From: Candidatus Latescibacterota bacterium | GTDB taxonomy: Bacteria > Latescibacterota > UBA2968 > UBA8231 | Assembly (NCBI GenBank): GCA_965197905.1 | Contig: CBDAOB010000005.1 | Span: forward strand, 1,504,001 to 1,568,000 | DNA length: 64,000 nucleotides | Reading direction: 5' to 3' | In this document: piece after piece, positions 38,825 to 48,297 of the stretch | Layout: each line of letters begins with the position of its first letter | How positions within the stretch are numbered: the first letter of the stretch is position 1 | Made by a program: the position numbers and the translations under genes | Notes under the pieces: model-generated | Databases searched by the model: none | Seen by the model: only the letters and a program-made list of their open reading frames with translations | What the model was told of the DNA's origin: nothing

Positions 38825-39846
38825 TAGTTCTGAATTGGCGCCGATTTCTCAGATTATGGGAGCACGTCAAGCATCAGTCCCTTCTTTGGATAGCAGCACT
38901 GTCGCTGGCCTTGGTCGCATTCGGTGCCGCGTTTTTTTCCTTTTTCGAAAGCCGTACCCTGGGAGACAGCATCTGGTGGGCGATGGTGACCACTACCACC
39001 GTCGGATACGGCGATCTGTATCCAGAGACCGTCCCAGGTCGAGTGGTTGGTGTCATCCTAATGGTTCTGGGGATTGGCCTCCTTGGTGGTTTCACCGCCG
39101 GTCTCGCGACGCGAATCATCGATCATCAATCGAAGCGAGCGCGAGGGGTTAAACGCTTGGGGAACCGAAACCATATTCTGATCTGCGGTTGGAACGAAAC
39201 GGGCGAGGATCTTGTTGGCCACATCCTCGCGGACCGACAAGAGCGTTCGGTGGTGATTCTCGCCGACTTGCACGAGCGACCGTACGAGCACGAGCGGGTT
39301 GGATTTGTCAGCGGCGAATTGACCGAACAGGGTCTTGAAAGAGCCAACGCCCATCAGGCTGAGTCTGCCGTCATCTTGGGCAATCAGGATATCGAAGACG
39401 TCCGTGGTCGCGATGCCAAGACCCTTATTGGCGCGTTGACCGTCAAGGAATACAACCCCGAAATCTACGTAGGCATCCAGCTCTTCGATTCCGGGAGTAG
39501 CAGTCATGCGGGCGTTTCGCGAGCGGACGAGGTAATTGTAGTCGGTGCTTTGGCCGGCGGACTCTTGAGCCGCGCAATTCTCGACCACGGAAGCTCGAAG
39601 GCGATCAGCAGTCTCGTGACAACCGCCGAACGATGTGAAATCTACCGGGTCGGCTTGCCCGCAACGTGGGTGGGTAGAAGCTTCGGCGAAACCCTCGACC
39701 TGGCGAAGAGCGAACTAAACATGCTGGTCGTCGCCGTCGAGCCCCAGGGGGGTGAGTTGCTGTTGAATCCTCCGGGGGACTACATATTCAGTAATGGAGA
39801 TTCTCTGGCGGTTATCGCCGAGGAGCGACCCAAGGTTGCACGATGA
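38821..39846 (+). CDS. Two-TM potassium channel with RCK (TrkA-N/C) domain
   Basis: Selectivity filter TTVGYGD; HILICGWN Rossmann fold; C-terminal LNPP.DY.F..GD.L. Confidence 0.92.
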   Translation: MIVLNWRRFLRLWEHVKHQSLLWIAALSLALVAFGAAFFSFFESRTLGDSIWWAMVTTTTVGYGDLYPETVPGRVVGVILMVLGIGLLGGFTAGLATRIIDHQSKRARGVKRLGNRNHILICGWNETGEDLVGHILADRQERSVVILADLHERPYEHERVGFVSGELTEQGLERANAHQAESAVILGNQDIEDVRGRDAKTLIGALTVKEYNPEIYVGIQLFDSGSSSHAGVSRADEVIVVGALAGGLLSRAILDHGSSKAISSLVTTAERCEIYRVGLPATWVGRSFGETLDLAKSELNMLVVAVEPQGGELLLNPPGDYIFSNGDSLAVIAEERPKVAR

Positions 39847-40233
39847 CAAACTTTCTCGACCGGTTTGGCCTGCGTCGGCGAGCGGCGCCGCGGATAAGGG
39901 CGCGCTGGTTGATCGATGTACAGGTGCCTGGAAAAGACAGTTTCACCGGGTTCTTCACGAGAGACGCTTCAGCTGCGGGTCTTTTTCTCGAAGGGGCTAA
40001 GCCGAACGCGTTCAGTGAAATGGCGAAGGTGAGGGGCGGAATCACCATTCGCATTAGGTTGCCGGTGCCTCTCGGTATCGTGGAGGCGCAAGCGGAAGTC
40101 AAATGGGAGCGGGGAAGCGGACGGGAAGGCGCTAAGCGGATGGGCGTTTACGAGCATAAGCCGAGAGGGACGCAAATCAATCGAGGATTACGTCGAGGCG
40201 CATCCGGAAGACCTGCTAAAGGAGCCCGAATAG
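39843..40233 (+). pseudogene. PilZ-domain protein with a single-base frameshift (pseudogene or sequencing error)
   Basis: RxxxR (RRAAPR) and DxSxxG (DASAAG) intact. Removing one G from GGGG at 40111-40114 gives ..WEREADGKALSGWAFTSISREGRKSIEDYVEAHPEDLLKEPE* and removes the overlap with cutA. Confidence 0.75.
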
Positions 40234-40249
40234 CGCCCAAGGTGTGGCG

Positions 40250-40567
40250 CTATTTCAGCTGGCCCTTCATCCAGGCCAGATAGGGACCGGAACCCTCGAC
40301 GATAGGGAAGGCGAGTATCTCGGGCACGTCGTAGGAATGAATCTCCTGGATGGCAGATTCCAAAGACGCAAAAAGATCCTGTCTCGATTTGGCGATGCAC
40401 TGCCATTCCCGTGCTGTTTCTATCTCGTTTTCCCACCAATAAACGCTTTCTACCGGCCCCAGTACCTGAACGCACGCAGCCAAACGCTGCTCGATCAGAT
40501 GCCGTGCAATCTTCTGGGCTTCGTCTTCGCTGTCGGTGGTCGTGACGACTAGCACGTATCCGGTCAT
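40250..40567 (-). CDS. cutA: Divalent-cation tolerance protein CutA
   Basis: RLAACVQ, SVYWW, HSYDVPEI, YLAW. Confidence 0.93.
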   Translation of the reverse strand: MTGYVLVVTTTDSEDEAQKIARHLIEQRLAACVQVLGPVESVYWWENEIETAREWQCIAKSRQDLFASLESAIQEIHSYDVPEILAFPIVEGSGPYLAWMKGQLK

Positions 40568-41589
40568 GATGTGCCCATTCCTAGTTCTGTTCGTCGCTTG
40601 TATGCCCTGCGCTGAATCACCAGAGCGGGCGCTCCCAGGAACACATACGTTAGGGTGGCTATGGCGTGAACAGCTGTCGCACAGCCCATGGCGGCGGCCA
40701 TTGGAACACCGAAGAGCATGTGCAAGCCGCGGCCGAAGAAGAGGTGATAAGATCCCGTTCCCCCAGGTGTCGGGAAAATGACTCCAATGGAAGAAATGGC
40801 CATAATCACCATAGATGCAAACGCGCTGAGACCGTGGGATTCGTCAAAACCGAAGGCTGCAAACGATTCGTAGATAATAAGGATGTACCCTGCGTTCAAC
40901 AGGATTGAAGCGATGACCAACTCCAGATAGGCGGAAGGTCGATGCAGAGCTTCGAGACCGTGAACGAAGGTGCCCAGCAACTGCCCGACGCGGGTGGCTA
41001 ATGAGGGTGAGATCCGGGCGACAAGACGCTCCACGGTTTGCAAAGCCCGTTCCCGATATATCGAGATTAGAGCGAGGAAAATCAGTGCCAGCAGACAAGC
41101 GGCCAGTGCTGCCAGGCAAAGCGGCTCCAAGAGCGGGAACGCCTCATTGATGCGATTTCGCAAGTACAGGAGGGAGGCTCCGACGAAGAGTATCAGCCAG
41201 ATCATGTCGATCACGCGCTCCACGACCACCGTGGCGATCACCGAACTTATGCTGGCGCCTCGAGTCCACCTTAGACTGAGGGCGCGCACCGCCTCTCCCG
41301 ATCTTGGAACGACCACGTTTGCGGCGTAGCAGATGGCGAGGGCAAGGCTGGCGTCCCACCACGAAACTCCCGGTGCAAATGGCCGCATCAGCACGATCCA
41401 GCGCCACGCCCGCAGAACAAGCGTCAAGAGAGTTGTAAGGACGATCGCCATCACCCAGGCGGGCGAGAGGCCCACCACGACCTCCCACATTTCCGCCCCG
41501 TTGATATCCTTGAAGGCCCAATACAAAAACGCCAGCATCAAGAGAATGCTGACGCTCAGCTTGACCGCCGATTTGAGGTGCGCGGTCAA
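40564..41589 (-). CDS. Lysylphosphatidylglycerol-synthase TM-region (UPF0104) flippase-like protein
   Basis: LRAWRW, ANVVVPRSGEAVR, VVERVID, PTPGGTGSYH. Confidence 0.87.
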   Translation of the reverse strand: MTAHLKSAVKLSVSILLMLAFLYWAFKDINGAEMWEVVVGLSPAWVMAIVLTTLLTLVLRAWRWIVLMRPFAPGVSWWDASLALAICYAANVVVPRSGEAVRALSLRWTRGASISSVIATVVVERVIDMIWLILFVGASLLYLRNRINEAFPLLEPLCLAALAACLLALIFLALISIYRERALQTVERLVARISPSLATRVGQLLGTFVHGLEALHRPSAYLELVIASILLNAGYILIIYESFAAFGFDESHGLSAFASMVIMAISSIGVIFPTPGGTGSYHLFFGRGLHMLFGVPMAAAMGCATAVHAIATLTYVFLGAPALVIQRRAYKRRTELGMGTS

Positions 41590-42200
41590 CTGTCGGGTGC
41601 GACGATCTTACCGTTGCGCTCGAGCAGCCCGATAATCTCGAGAGCGGCCTCTTGAGGGGTTGTATCTTCGGTCCTCAAGACAAGCTCGGCTGACTCGGGC
41701 GGCTCGTACGGATCTGAAACACCGGTAAAATTCGGTATCTCACCCGACCTGGCTTTCTTGTAGAGTCCCTTCGGGTCCCGCTCTTCGCAGAGATCGACCG
41801 GCGTATCGATGAAGACCTCGAAAAAATCGCCATCGTCCATCAAGGTGCGGACCGCGTCGCGGTCTGCCCGATACGGGCTCACAAAGCTGGCGAAGGTAAC
41901 AACTCCTACATCGGCAAATAGTTTACCTACTTCCCCGATGCGGCGAATGTTCTCCGCTCGATCCTCCGCCGAAAATCCTAGGTTCTTGTTCAAGCCGTGA
42001 CGAATGTTGTCGCCGTCCAGGACGTAGGCGAGTCGGCCTCGTTCCACCAAAGCGTGTTCGGCGGTATAGGCTATCGTGCTTTTTCCCGAGCTTGGAAGGC
42101 CTGTCAGCCAGACCAGGGCGCCGCGCTGTTTGAGCATCGACTCACGGTCGGCTCGGGCCACATGTCCTTCATGCCACACCACATTGGTCGCGCGGTTCAA
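41586..42200 (-). CDS. cysC: Adenylyl-sulfate kinase
   Basis: WLTGLPSSGKST, LDGDNIRHGL, RDPKGLYKKA, FTGVSDPYE. TTG start at 42200 inferred. Confidence 0.95.
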   Translation of the reverse strand: MNRATNVVWHEGHVARADRESMLKQRGALVWLTGLPSSGKSTIAYTAEHALVERGRLAYVLDGDNIRHGLNKNLGFSAEDRAENIRRIGEVGKLFADVGVVTFASFVSPYRADRDAVRTLMDDGDFFEVFIDTPVDLCEERDPKGLYKKARSGEIPNFTGVSDPYEPPESAELVLRTEDTTPQEAALEIIGLLERNGKIVAPDS

Positions 42201-42550
42201 TTCATTCTCGCTTTCGTTCAAGTTGAGAGAAACCAAGAATTTAGTTACATCCTTCTGAAGGTCAAGCGAGGTTTGGCGGTAGGGGTCATGCCAGGCCAAG
42301 AGGGGGCTCAGATAGTGGCACGACCTCACGACGATCTGTCTTCAAGAGCTGGAGACTGGCCTAACTAAGTTAGCCTAAGATATTGTAATTTAATGATTTA
42401 AGTAGCACAAATCGGCCACGTTGTCGCCCCGAGGGAGACGGGTATCGTTTTAGGCAAAATTTCACCTTTTATTTTCTATTTTGTTTATTTATATTGTTGG
42501 TGATTTAGCCTGTAAAAGAGCGCCATTACCCCGGGAGGAGGGTTGTATCC

Positions 42551-43471
42551 ATGCAGTTTGCTAATCGAGTTTTGCTGTTGTCTGCAGCGGCGTTGATCTT
42601 GGCCGGCAGTGCAGACGCGGTCGTCAATATTCAGAATACGGGGGCCAGTGCCCGTTCAGTCGGGCTGGGCAACACCTTTGTCGCGATAGCGGATGATCCG
42701 TCCGCTATTTTTGCGAATCCGGCGGGCGTCCGCCAGATGAAGAATTTCCAGGTTGCCTACACCAACGTCTCAATTTTGTACTCGGGCGTAGACGGAGGTA
42801 ACCTCGGGCAGCATATCGTTAGCCTCGTCAAGCCGTTGGGTGGCCGGCTCGGACTTGGTCTCGCGCTGGAGCGAATAGGTTTTGAAGACGCGAGCGAGAA
42901 CGGAGCATTCGTCTCGTTGGGCATCAAGTTTTCGAAGAACCTCAGTCTCGGCGTGAACGCCAAATACCTGTTTTGGAGCGCAGATCTGCCTGCTGGTGAC
43001 CCGGCAGACGATAGCGGCGGCTCTATAGGACTCGATCTCGGCGCGCTTTGGAAAACCCCGTTCAAAGAGTCTACCCTGGGTTTGATGATCAAAAATCTCA
43101 ACAAACCCAACGTTGCAGGCGGCAGCGTTGCAGGTGAATCCGACGCCGGCAAGCTTCCAATGGATCTGCACGTTGGACTGTCTCGAAACGCGGGTCCGAA
43201 GTCCATGGTCTCGGTGGAATGGGTTACGCGCGACTTCACCGGCGACAATTCGGTGAACAAGGTCCTGATAGGCGGCGAAACAAAATTGTCAGAAGTGTTT
43301 ATGTTGCGCGGGGGAGGTAGCCGGTTCTTTGAGGACGGCGTCGATGGCGACCTCAATGCCGGAATAGGCTGGAAGAAAGAGAAGCTTCGCGTGGATTATG
43401 CGTATCACATTCCACTGGATCTGGTGGATGCCGGAGGCGAACATCGTTTCACGTTTACCTACGGGCTCTAA
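42551..43471 (+). CDS. PorV/PorQ-like outer-membrane beta-barrel protein
   Basis: Signal peptide, GASARSVGLG..FVAIADD.SAIFANPAG, RVDYAY, C-terminal HRFTFTYGL; GGAGGAGG RBS; very AT-rich upstream region. Confidence 0.8.
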   Translation: MQFANRVLLLSAAALILAGSADAVVNIQNTGASARSVGLGNTFVAIADDPSAIFANPAGVRQMKNFQVAYTNVSILYSGVDGGNLGQHIVSLVKPLGGRLGLGLALERIGFEDASENGAFVSLGIKFSKNLSLGVNAKYLFWSADLPAGDPADDSGGSIGLDLGALWKTPFKESTLGLMIKNLNKPNVAGGSVAGESDAGKLPMDLHVGLSRNAGPKSMVSVEWVTRDFTGDNSVNKVLIGGETKLSEVFMLRGGGSRFFEDGVDGDLNAGIGWKKEKLRVDYAYHIPLDLVDAGGEHRFTFTYGL

Positions 43472-43505
43472 GTTTCAACGACAAACTGACTGGACTTTTC
43501 TTCCG

Positions 43506-43540
43506 GGGCCGCCTTCTACGAGGGCGGCCCTTTTTTATTT
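43506..43540 (+). terminator. Rho-independent terminator
   Basis: GGGCCGCCTT-CTACG-AGGGCGGCCC followed by TTTTTTATTT. Confidence 0.85.
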
Positions 43541-44279
43541 ATTCCAGCACATCTTCGCCCATACGCGAAACCAGGGTTCCCGCGTCCTCCCCTTCGCAGA
43601 TTCGTCTAACAGTTCCCTTTTCCGAGAAGTCGAACACATGGATCGGAAGGTTGTGGTCGCGGGCGAGTATGATCGAAGGTTGATCGACGATCGACAGATT
43701 CTGCCGTATTATCGTGTCGTAGTTGACTCTACGGTATAACCTTGCGTCGGCGCTGGTCTGAGGGTCGGCAGTGAAGATGCCACAGGTCTTGTTCTTCGCA
43801 AACAGCAAGGCATCCGACCGGGTTTCGATGGCTCGCTGAGCGGCGGTGTAATCCGTCGTAACGTAGGGTATGCCCGCTCCCGCTCCGAAGATTATGATAT
43901 ACCGTTTTTCCAGATGATGGATCGCGCGCAGGCGGATAAACGGTTCGGCGACCGTATTTACCGGGATAGCGCTCAGGACTCTGACCTCGACCTTCCCCTG
44001 GGATTTGGAGCTCAATACGCCGCGCATCATAAGACTGTTAATCAGGGTCCCCATCATGCCGATATTGTCGGCCTCGGCACGCTCGATGCCCCAGTGAGTC
44101 GCCAATGTGCCGCGGAAGATATTGCCACCACCAATTACGACCGAAACCTGGACGCCGCACTCGTGCAGACCAAGCACTTCGTCGGCTATGTGCTCCAGCG
44201 CTTCCGGATCGAATCCGAACTCCCTCTCGCCCGAAATCGCCTGACCGCTGAGTTTCAAGAGCACTCGTTTGTAGCGCAT
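43539..44279 (-). CDS. pyrH: UMP kinase (stand-alone copy)
   Basis: YKRVLLKLSG, GGGNIFRG, AD..GM..T..N, TTD..AAQRA.E, ADP. Confidence 0.93.
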   Translation of the reverse strand: MRYKRVLLKLSGQAISGEREFGFDPEALEHIADEVLGLHECGVQVSVVIGGGNIFRGTLATHWGIERAEADNIGMMGTLINSLMMRGVLSSKSQGKVEVRVLSAIPVNTVAEPFIRLRAIHHLEKRYIIIFGAGAGIPYVTTDYTAAQRAIETRSDALLFAKNKTCGIFTADPQTSADARLYRRVNYDTIIRQNLSIVDQPSIILARDHNLPIHVFDFSEKGTVRRICEGEDAGTLVSRMGEDVLE

Positions 44280-44358
44280 GGGTGGGGTTTCTCCTTCTAA
44301 ACGACTCTAAAAGTTAATGGGGTGCTGAAATAGAACCTCACCGGTACGGAGTGAGGTT

Positions 44359-45798
44359 TCACAGAATGGGGCTCTTCAGAATCTTTTTAGCGTCGGGGAA
44401 GCGATCTACGAGCGTGCGGACTTCGCTCTCGAAACGCCGCGTCTGTTCCACCGCCATTCCTACAAACGACTCGCTCTTCTCCAGCATTTCCTGAATCTCC
44501 GCCGTCGCCAGCGGAAGCCGTTCATCCTCTCCCAATCTTTGGGCAAGGTCGTTGTCCGCCAACCCACGTTCTCTCATGGACAGAGCTGCGGCGACCGCAT
44601 GTTCTTTGATCGCCTCGTGTGCTTGTTCTCTGCCGGCGCCGCGACGGACCGCTTCCATAAGCAGCGTGGTCGTTGCCAGGAAGGAAAGGAAGCGTTCTAG
44701 CTCGCTCTGAACAACCTTCTCGTACACCCCCATGTCGTGCAGCACGTGCATGATCGTTTCGAGGAGGCCGTCGAAGGCAAAGATACTGTCCGGCAGGACG
44801 ACTCGGCGAACAACCGAGCAGGAGACGTCTCCCTCGAACCACTGGTCGCCCGCGAGGGAGCCGATCATGTGAACGTAACCCCCTAGTACTGCCTGCAGGC
44901 CGTTAATCCGCTCTAGGCTTCGCGTGTTCATCTTGTGCGGCATTGCCGAGGAGCCAACCTGGCCCTTGGAAAATCCTTCGGTTACCATCTCGCCGCCGGC
45001 CATCAGCCGCAGCGTCTTCGCCAAGCTGGAGATGCCTGAGCCAAGCTGAAACAGACAACTGACCACCTCGAAGTCGATGCTGCGTGGGTAAATCTGACCA
45101 ACGGCGTTTAACCCTTTGGGGACCCCAAAGTGGGCAAGAAATTCTGAATTGAGTTGCTCGTATCGCTCGGAGTCTCCTTCCAGCAACGTCAGCTGGTCTA
45201 ATCCCGTCCCCACGGCTCCACGAAGACCGCGCAATGGATATCTCCCGAGAAGGTCTTCCAACCTGCCGAAGGCATGCAACATTTCTTCTCCGAACATGGC
45301 CAGCCGCTTGCCGAATGTTGTCGGTTGCGCAGCTGCATGGTGAGTGCGAGCGACAATCACCAACTCATTCCATTGGTGGGCGCGCTCACTCAGGGAATGG
45401 AGGGTGGCGACGTACTTCAGCTGCAGATAGCGAAGAGATTTGAGGACCTGCCACTGCTCTACGTTGTCAGTCAGGTCGCGACTGGTCATGCCTTGGTGAA
45501 TGAATTCGTGGCCGGCCAGACAGCAAAACTCCTCGATGCGGGCCTTGACGTCGTGTTTGAGCCTGGATTCGCGGGACAGAATGGATGCCAGATCCACCCG
45601 ATCGACGACAGCTTCATAGTCGTCGATCGCCTTTTGGGGAATTTCGATGCCCAGCTGTTTCTGGGCTTTCAGAACGGCGATCCACGTTTGTCTCTCGAGC
45701 ACGACGCGGCTTTGGTCGGACCAGATAGCCTTTATACTGTTGCTGGCATAGCGACTGGCGAGAATATTGGGGAAGTCGGACGACATGCAGGTGGTCAA
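44359..45798 (-). CDS. purB: Adenylosuccinate lyase
   Basis: LASRYAS, HDVKA, GSSAMPHKMN signature. Confidence 0.95.
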   Translation of the reverse strand: MTTCMSSDFPNILASRYASNSIKAIWSDQSRVVLERQTWIAVLKAQKQLGIEIPQKAIDDYEAVVDRVDLASILSRESRLKHDVKARIEEFCCLAGHEFIHQGMTSRDLTDNVEQWQVLKSLRYLQLKYVATLHSLSERAHQWNELVIVARTHHAAAQPTTFGKRLAMFGEEMLHAFGRLEDLLGRYPLRGLRGAVGTGLDQLTLLEGDSERYEQLNSEFLAHFGVPKGLNAVGQIYPRSIDFEVVSCLFQLGSGISSLAKTLRLMAGGEMVTEGFSKGQVGSSAMPHKMNTRSLERINGLQAVLGGYVHMIGSLAGDQWFEGDVSCSVVRRVVLPDSIFAFDGLLETIMHVLHDMGVYEKVVQSELERFLSFLATTTLLMEAVRRGAGREQAHEAIKEHAVAAALSMRERGLADNDLAQRLGEDERLPLATAEIQEMLEKSESFVGMAVEQTRRFESEVRTLVDRFPDAKKILKSPIL

Positions 45799-46751
45799 TT
45801 GACGACGTTCAAGGGCGAACCTCCGATGAACGCCTTGGCATTTTCGTACGCAGTATGCATCATCCGCCTGCGTGCCGCAAGGGTTGCCCAGGCAATGTGT
45901 GGCGTGATCACCGCATTCTTCGCCTGCAGCAGCGGATTGGTCGGATCGATCGGTTCGCTGGAGGTGACGTCCAGCGCGGCGCCCGCCAGAACCCCGGAAT
46001 TTAGGGCGTCGGCGAGGTCCTGTTCCTGAACCAGCCCACCTCGCGCAGCGTTTATGAACAACGCGGTTGGTTTCATGCGCTGAAGCAGATCCCGGTTTAC
46101 GAACTCGGCGTTGTCATCCGTTTGGTTGCAATGCAAGGAAATCACATCTGCCTGTTCGAAGAGCTCTTTGATGGACAGCCATTTGAACGATTCGTACTGG
46201 GGCAGGTCGCCGTGGTAAACGTCGAAGGCCACTACGCCCATTCCGAACGCGTTGGCGAGTTCCCCTACGCGTCTTCCGATGCGTCCAAATCCCACGATGC
46301 CCATCGTTTTTCCCGCGAGCTCGACGAGCGGCGTTTCCCAAAAGGAAAATTCCTGCACTTCCGCCCAGCGGCCATTGCGAACCGCCTGGTCGTGAAGCGG
46401 GATGTGATGACAGAATTCCAAGAGCTGGGCGAAAACGTACTGGGCCACCGAATCGGTCCCGTAGACTGGTATGTTGCAAACGGGTACATCCCGAGCGCGG
46501 GCGGCCTCCGTGTCCACGATGTTGTAGCCGGTCGCAAGTACCCCGATCATCTTCAGGTCGGCGAGCTGATCGAGGATCTCTTTTGACAACGGTGTCTTGT
46601 TGGTGAACAGCAGTTCCACGTTCTGGGATCGAGGCAGAATTTCGTTATCCGCGGTTCGGTCATGGACGGTCAGGTTGCCGAGACTTGCAAGTTCATCCCA
46701 GGGATTATCACCAGGATTGAGCGTATGGCCATCGAGAACGACGATGTTCAT
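45795..46751 (-). CDS. D-2-hydroxyacid dehydrogenase (glycerate dehydrogenase-like)
   Basis: LDGHTLNPGD, GIVGFGRIG, FINAARG, TPHIAW. Confidence 0.92.
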   Translation of the reverse strand: MNIVVLDGHTLNPGDNPWDELASLGNLTVHDRTADNEILPRSQNVELLFTNKTPLSKEILDQLADLKMIGVLATGYNIVDTEAARARDVPVCNIPVYGTDSVAQYVFAQLLEFCHHIPLHDQAVRNGRWAEVQEFSFWETPLVELAGKTMGIVGFGRIGRRVGELANAFGMGVVAFDVYHGDLPQYESFKWLSIKELFEQADVISLHCNQTDDNAEFVNRDLLQRMKPTALFINAARGGLVQEQDLADALNSGVLAGAALDVTSSEPIDPTNPLLQAKNAVITPHIAWATLAARRRMMHTAYENAKAFIGGSPLNVVN

Positions 46752-46881
46752 GGGGTATTGCTCCTAGGGCAAGATGATCACCGCGAGAGTAGCCCAATGC
46801 GGAGACCGGAGTAGCCGATGGGGTTGCGGACCAAAATATATGAAATCGTCTATCCATCGAAAAGGCATCAACTTAGGTGAA

Positions 46882-48282
46882 TCAGATAAATCCAAGCCAG
46901 CGCCAGTAGAGTAGATTGAGCGGGCACAGAACGATCAAAGTTGCCGCGGAAATCAGGGTCATGACGAGAATCATGCTGGCGGTCGGGAGCTGTCGGTAAC
47001 TGATGGCGATCATGAAGGGAGCTGCTTGATACGGCAGGAAAACTAGGGTGGTGGCCATCGCGACGCACATTGCCACCGGGAGTTCAGCCATGCCTGACGC
47101 GCGACCGATTTCGAGCATAGTGGGGGTTATCATTCCCGCGACCGCGGCAATGTCCATGAGAAAGTCGAGCGGCACAACGATGCAGGTTATGGCTAGGTGG
47201 CGCGCGAACCACCCGAAATCGTGCAACTCGATGTTGGCCGTCACATATCTCGCGAACTCCGTGTTGAAACCTGACTTCTCGAGAGCGGTTCCCACCGAAA
47301 TCAGCGCCGCGAAGTAGAAGAAGAATGGGAAATCTATGTGGCGAAGCTCGGTAGCCGGCAAGAGTCCGATCCGCGGCGTCAGCAAGAATGCGACCATGAT
47401 CAGTCCGACGTAGGTCGGTGCTAGCTGGTGGAAGCCATCCGTGAGCCATAGGAGCACGCCGAGGCCTAACACCAGGGCCATACGCGGATCGAGCCGACCA
47501 CCGGTTTCGAGCTGATCGGGTCTTGTCGTGTTGAACCGCTGAATCTTACGGCTCCAAATCAGCCACACGACACCCAGGCAGATCATGGTGCGCAACAGCC
47601 CAATGATCGGGAACATCCAGCGGAGCCACTCGGTCCACAAGAGGCTGCGATCCGCATACAGTTCCAGCTGGGCGGCGACGACGATGTTCGGAACCGATCC
47701 GGTCAGTACCCCACAGCCTCCGTAATAGGTGCTGCAGACGAGCGCAGAAAGAATCGCGGGCGCGAGTGCTCGATCCTCACCGCCGCCCAGGCGCTCGGCG
47801 AGTTTGATGCCTAGTGGAATCAGTATGAGCACGCGCACCATACCCGAGGGCACCAGGAGGGACATGGACAGGCCCAGTAGGTGCAGGCCGAGGAGTAGGC
47901 GGAACGGACTCGCTGCAAAGAAGCGGACACAACGCCACGTTAGATACTCGTCCGTCCCACTGTAGGTGATGGCCCGGCTAATCACCATTCCGGCGAATAA
48001 CAACCACAGTGTTTTCTGCGCGAAAGGTGCGAAGCTCTCGTCGAACGGGAGCAAGCCGAGAGCAGGCATCGCCAACAACAGAAGCAATGAGGTGAGTTCG
48101 AGAGGCAACGCCAGCGAGCTCCAGAAGAGCACGGCAAAGACGATCAACCCGAGTGCGGCCTGTGCGGACTCTGGAATGACGTCGAAAGGGGCGATGATTC
48201 CCACCACCAGGCCCGACAAACCCACGGCTGCGGCAAGGGTCTTGCCGCGGTGCAACTTTCGTCGCGCGTCAGTGGGCTCCAC
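46882..48282 (-). CDS. SLC13/DASS-family anion permease
   Basis: Many TM helices; VPS..VR, LTGSVPN, LPYQAAP. Confidence 0.85.
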   Translation of the reverse strand: MEPTDARRKLHRGKTLAAAVGLSGLVVGIIAPFDVIPESAQAALGLIVFAVLFWSSLALPLELTSLLLLLAMPALGLLPFDESFAPFAQKTLWLLFAGMVISRAITYSGTDEYLTWRCVRFFAASPFRLLLGLHLLGLSMSLLVPSGMVRVLILIPLGIKLAERLGGGEDRALAPAILSALVCSTYYGGCGVLTGSVPNIVVAAQLELYADRSLLWTEWLRWMFPIIGLLRTMICLGVVWLIWSRKIQRFNTTRPDQLETGGRLDPRMALVLGLGVLLWLTDGFHQLAPTYVGLIMVAFLLTPRIGLLPATELRHIDFPFFFYFAALISVGTALEKSGFNTEFARYVTANIELHDFGWFARHLAITCIVVPLDFLMDIAAVAGMITPTMLEIGRASGMAELPVAMCVAMATTLVFLPYQAAPFMIAISYRQLPTASMILVMTLISAATLIVLCPLNLLYWRWLGFI

Positions 48283-48297
48283 GATAGATCGCGTCGT

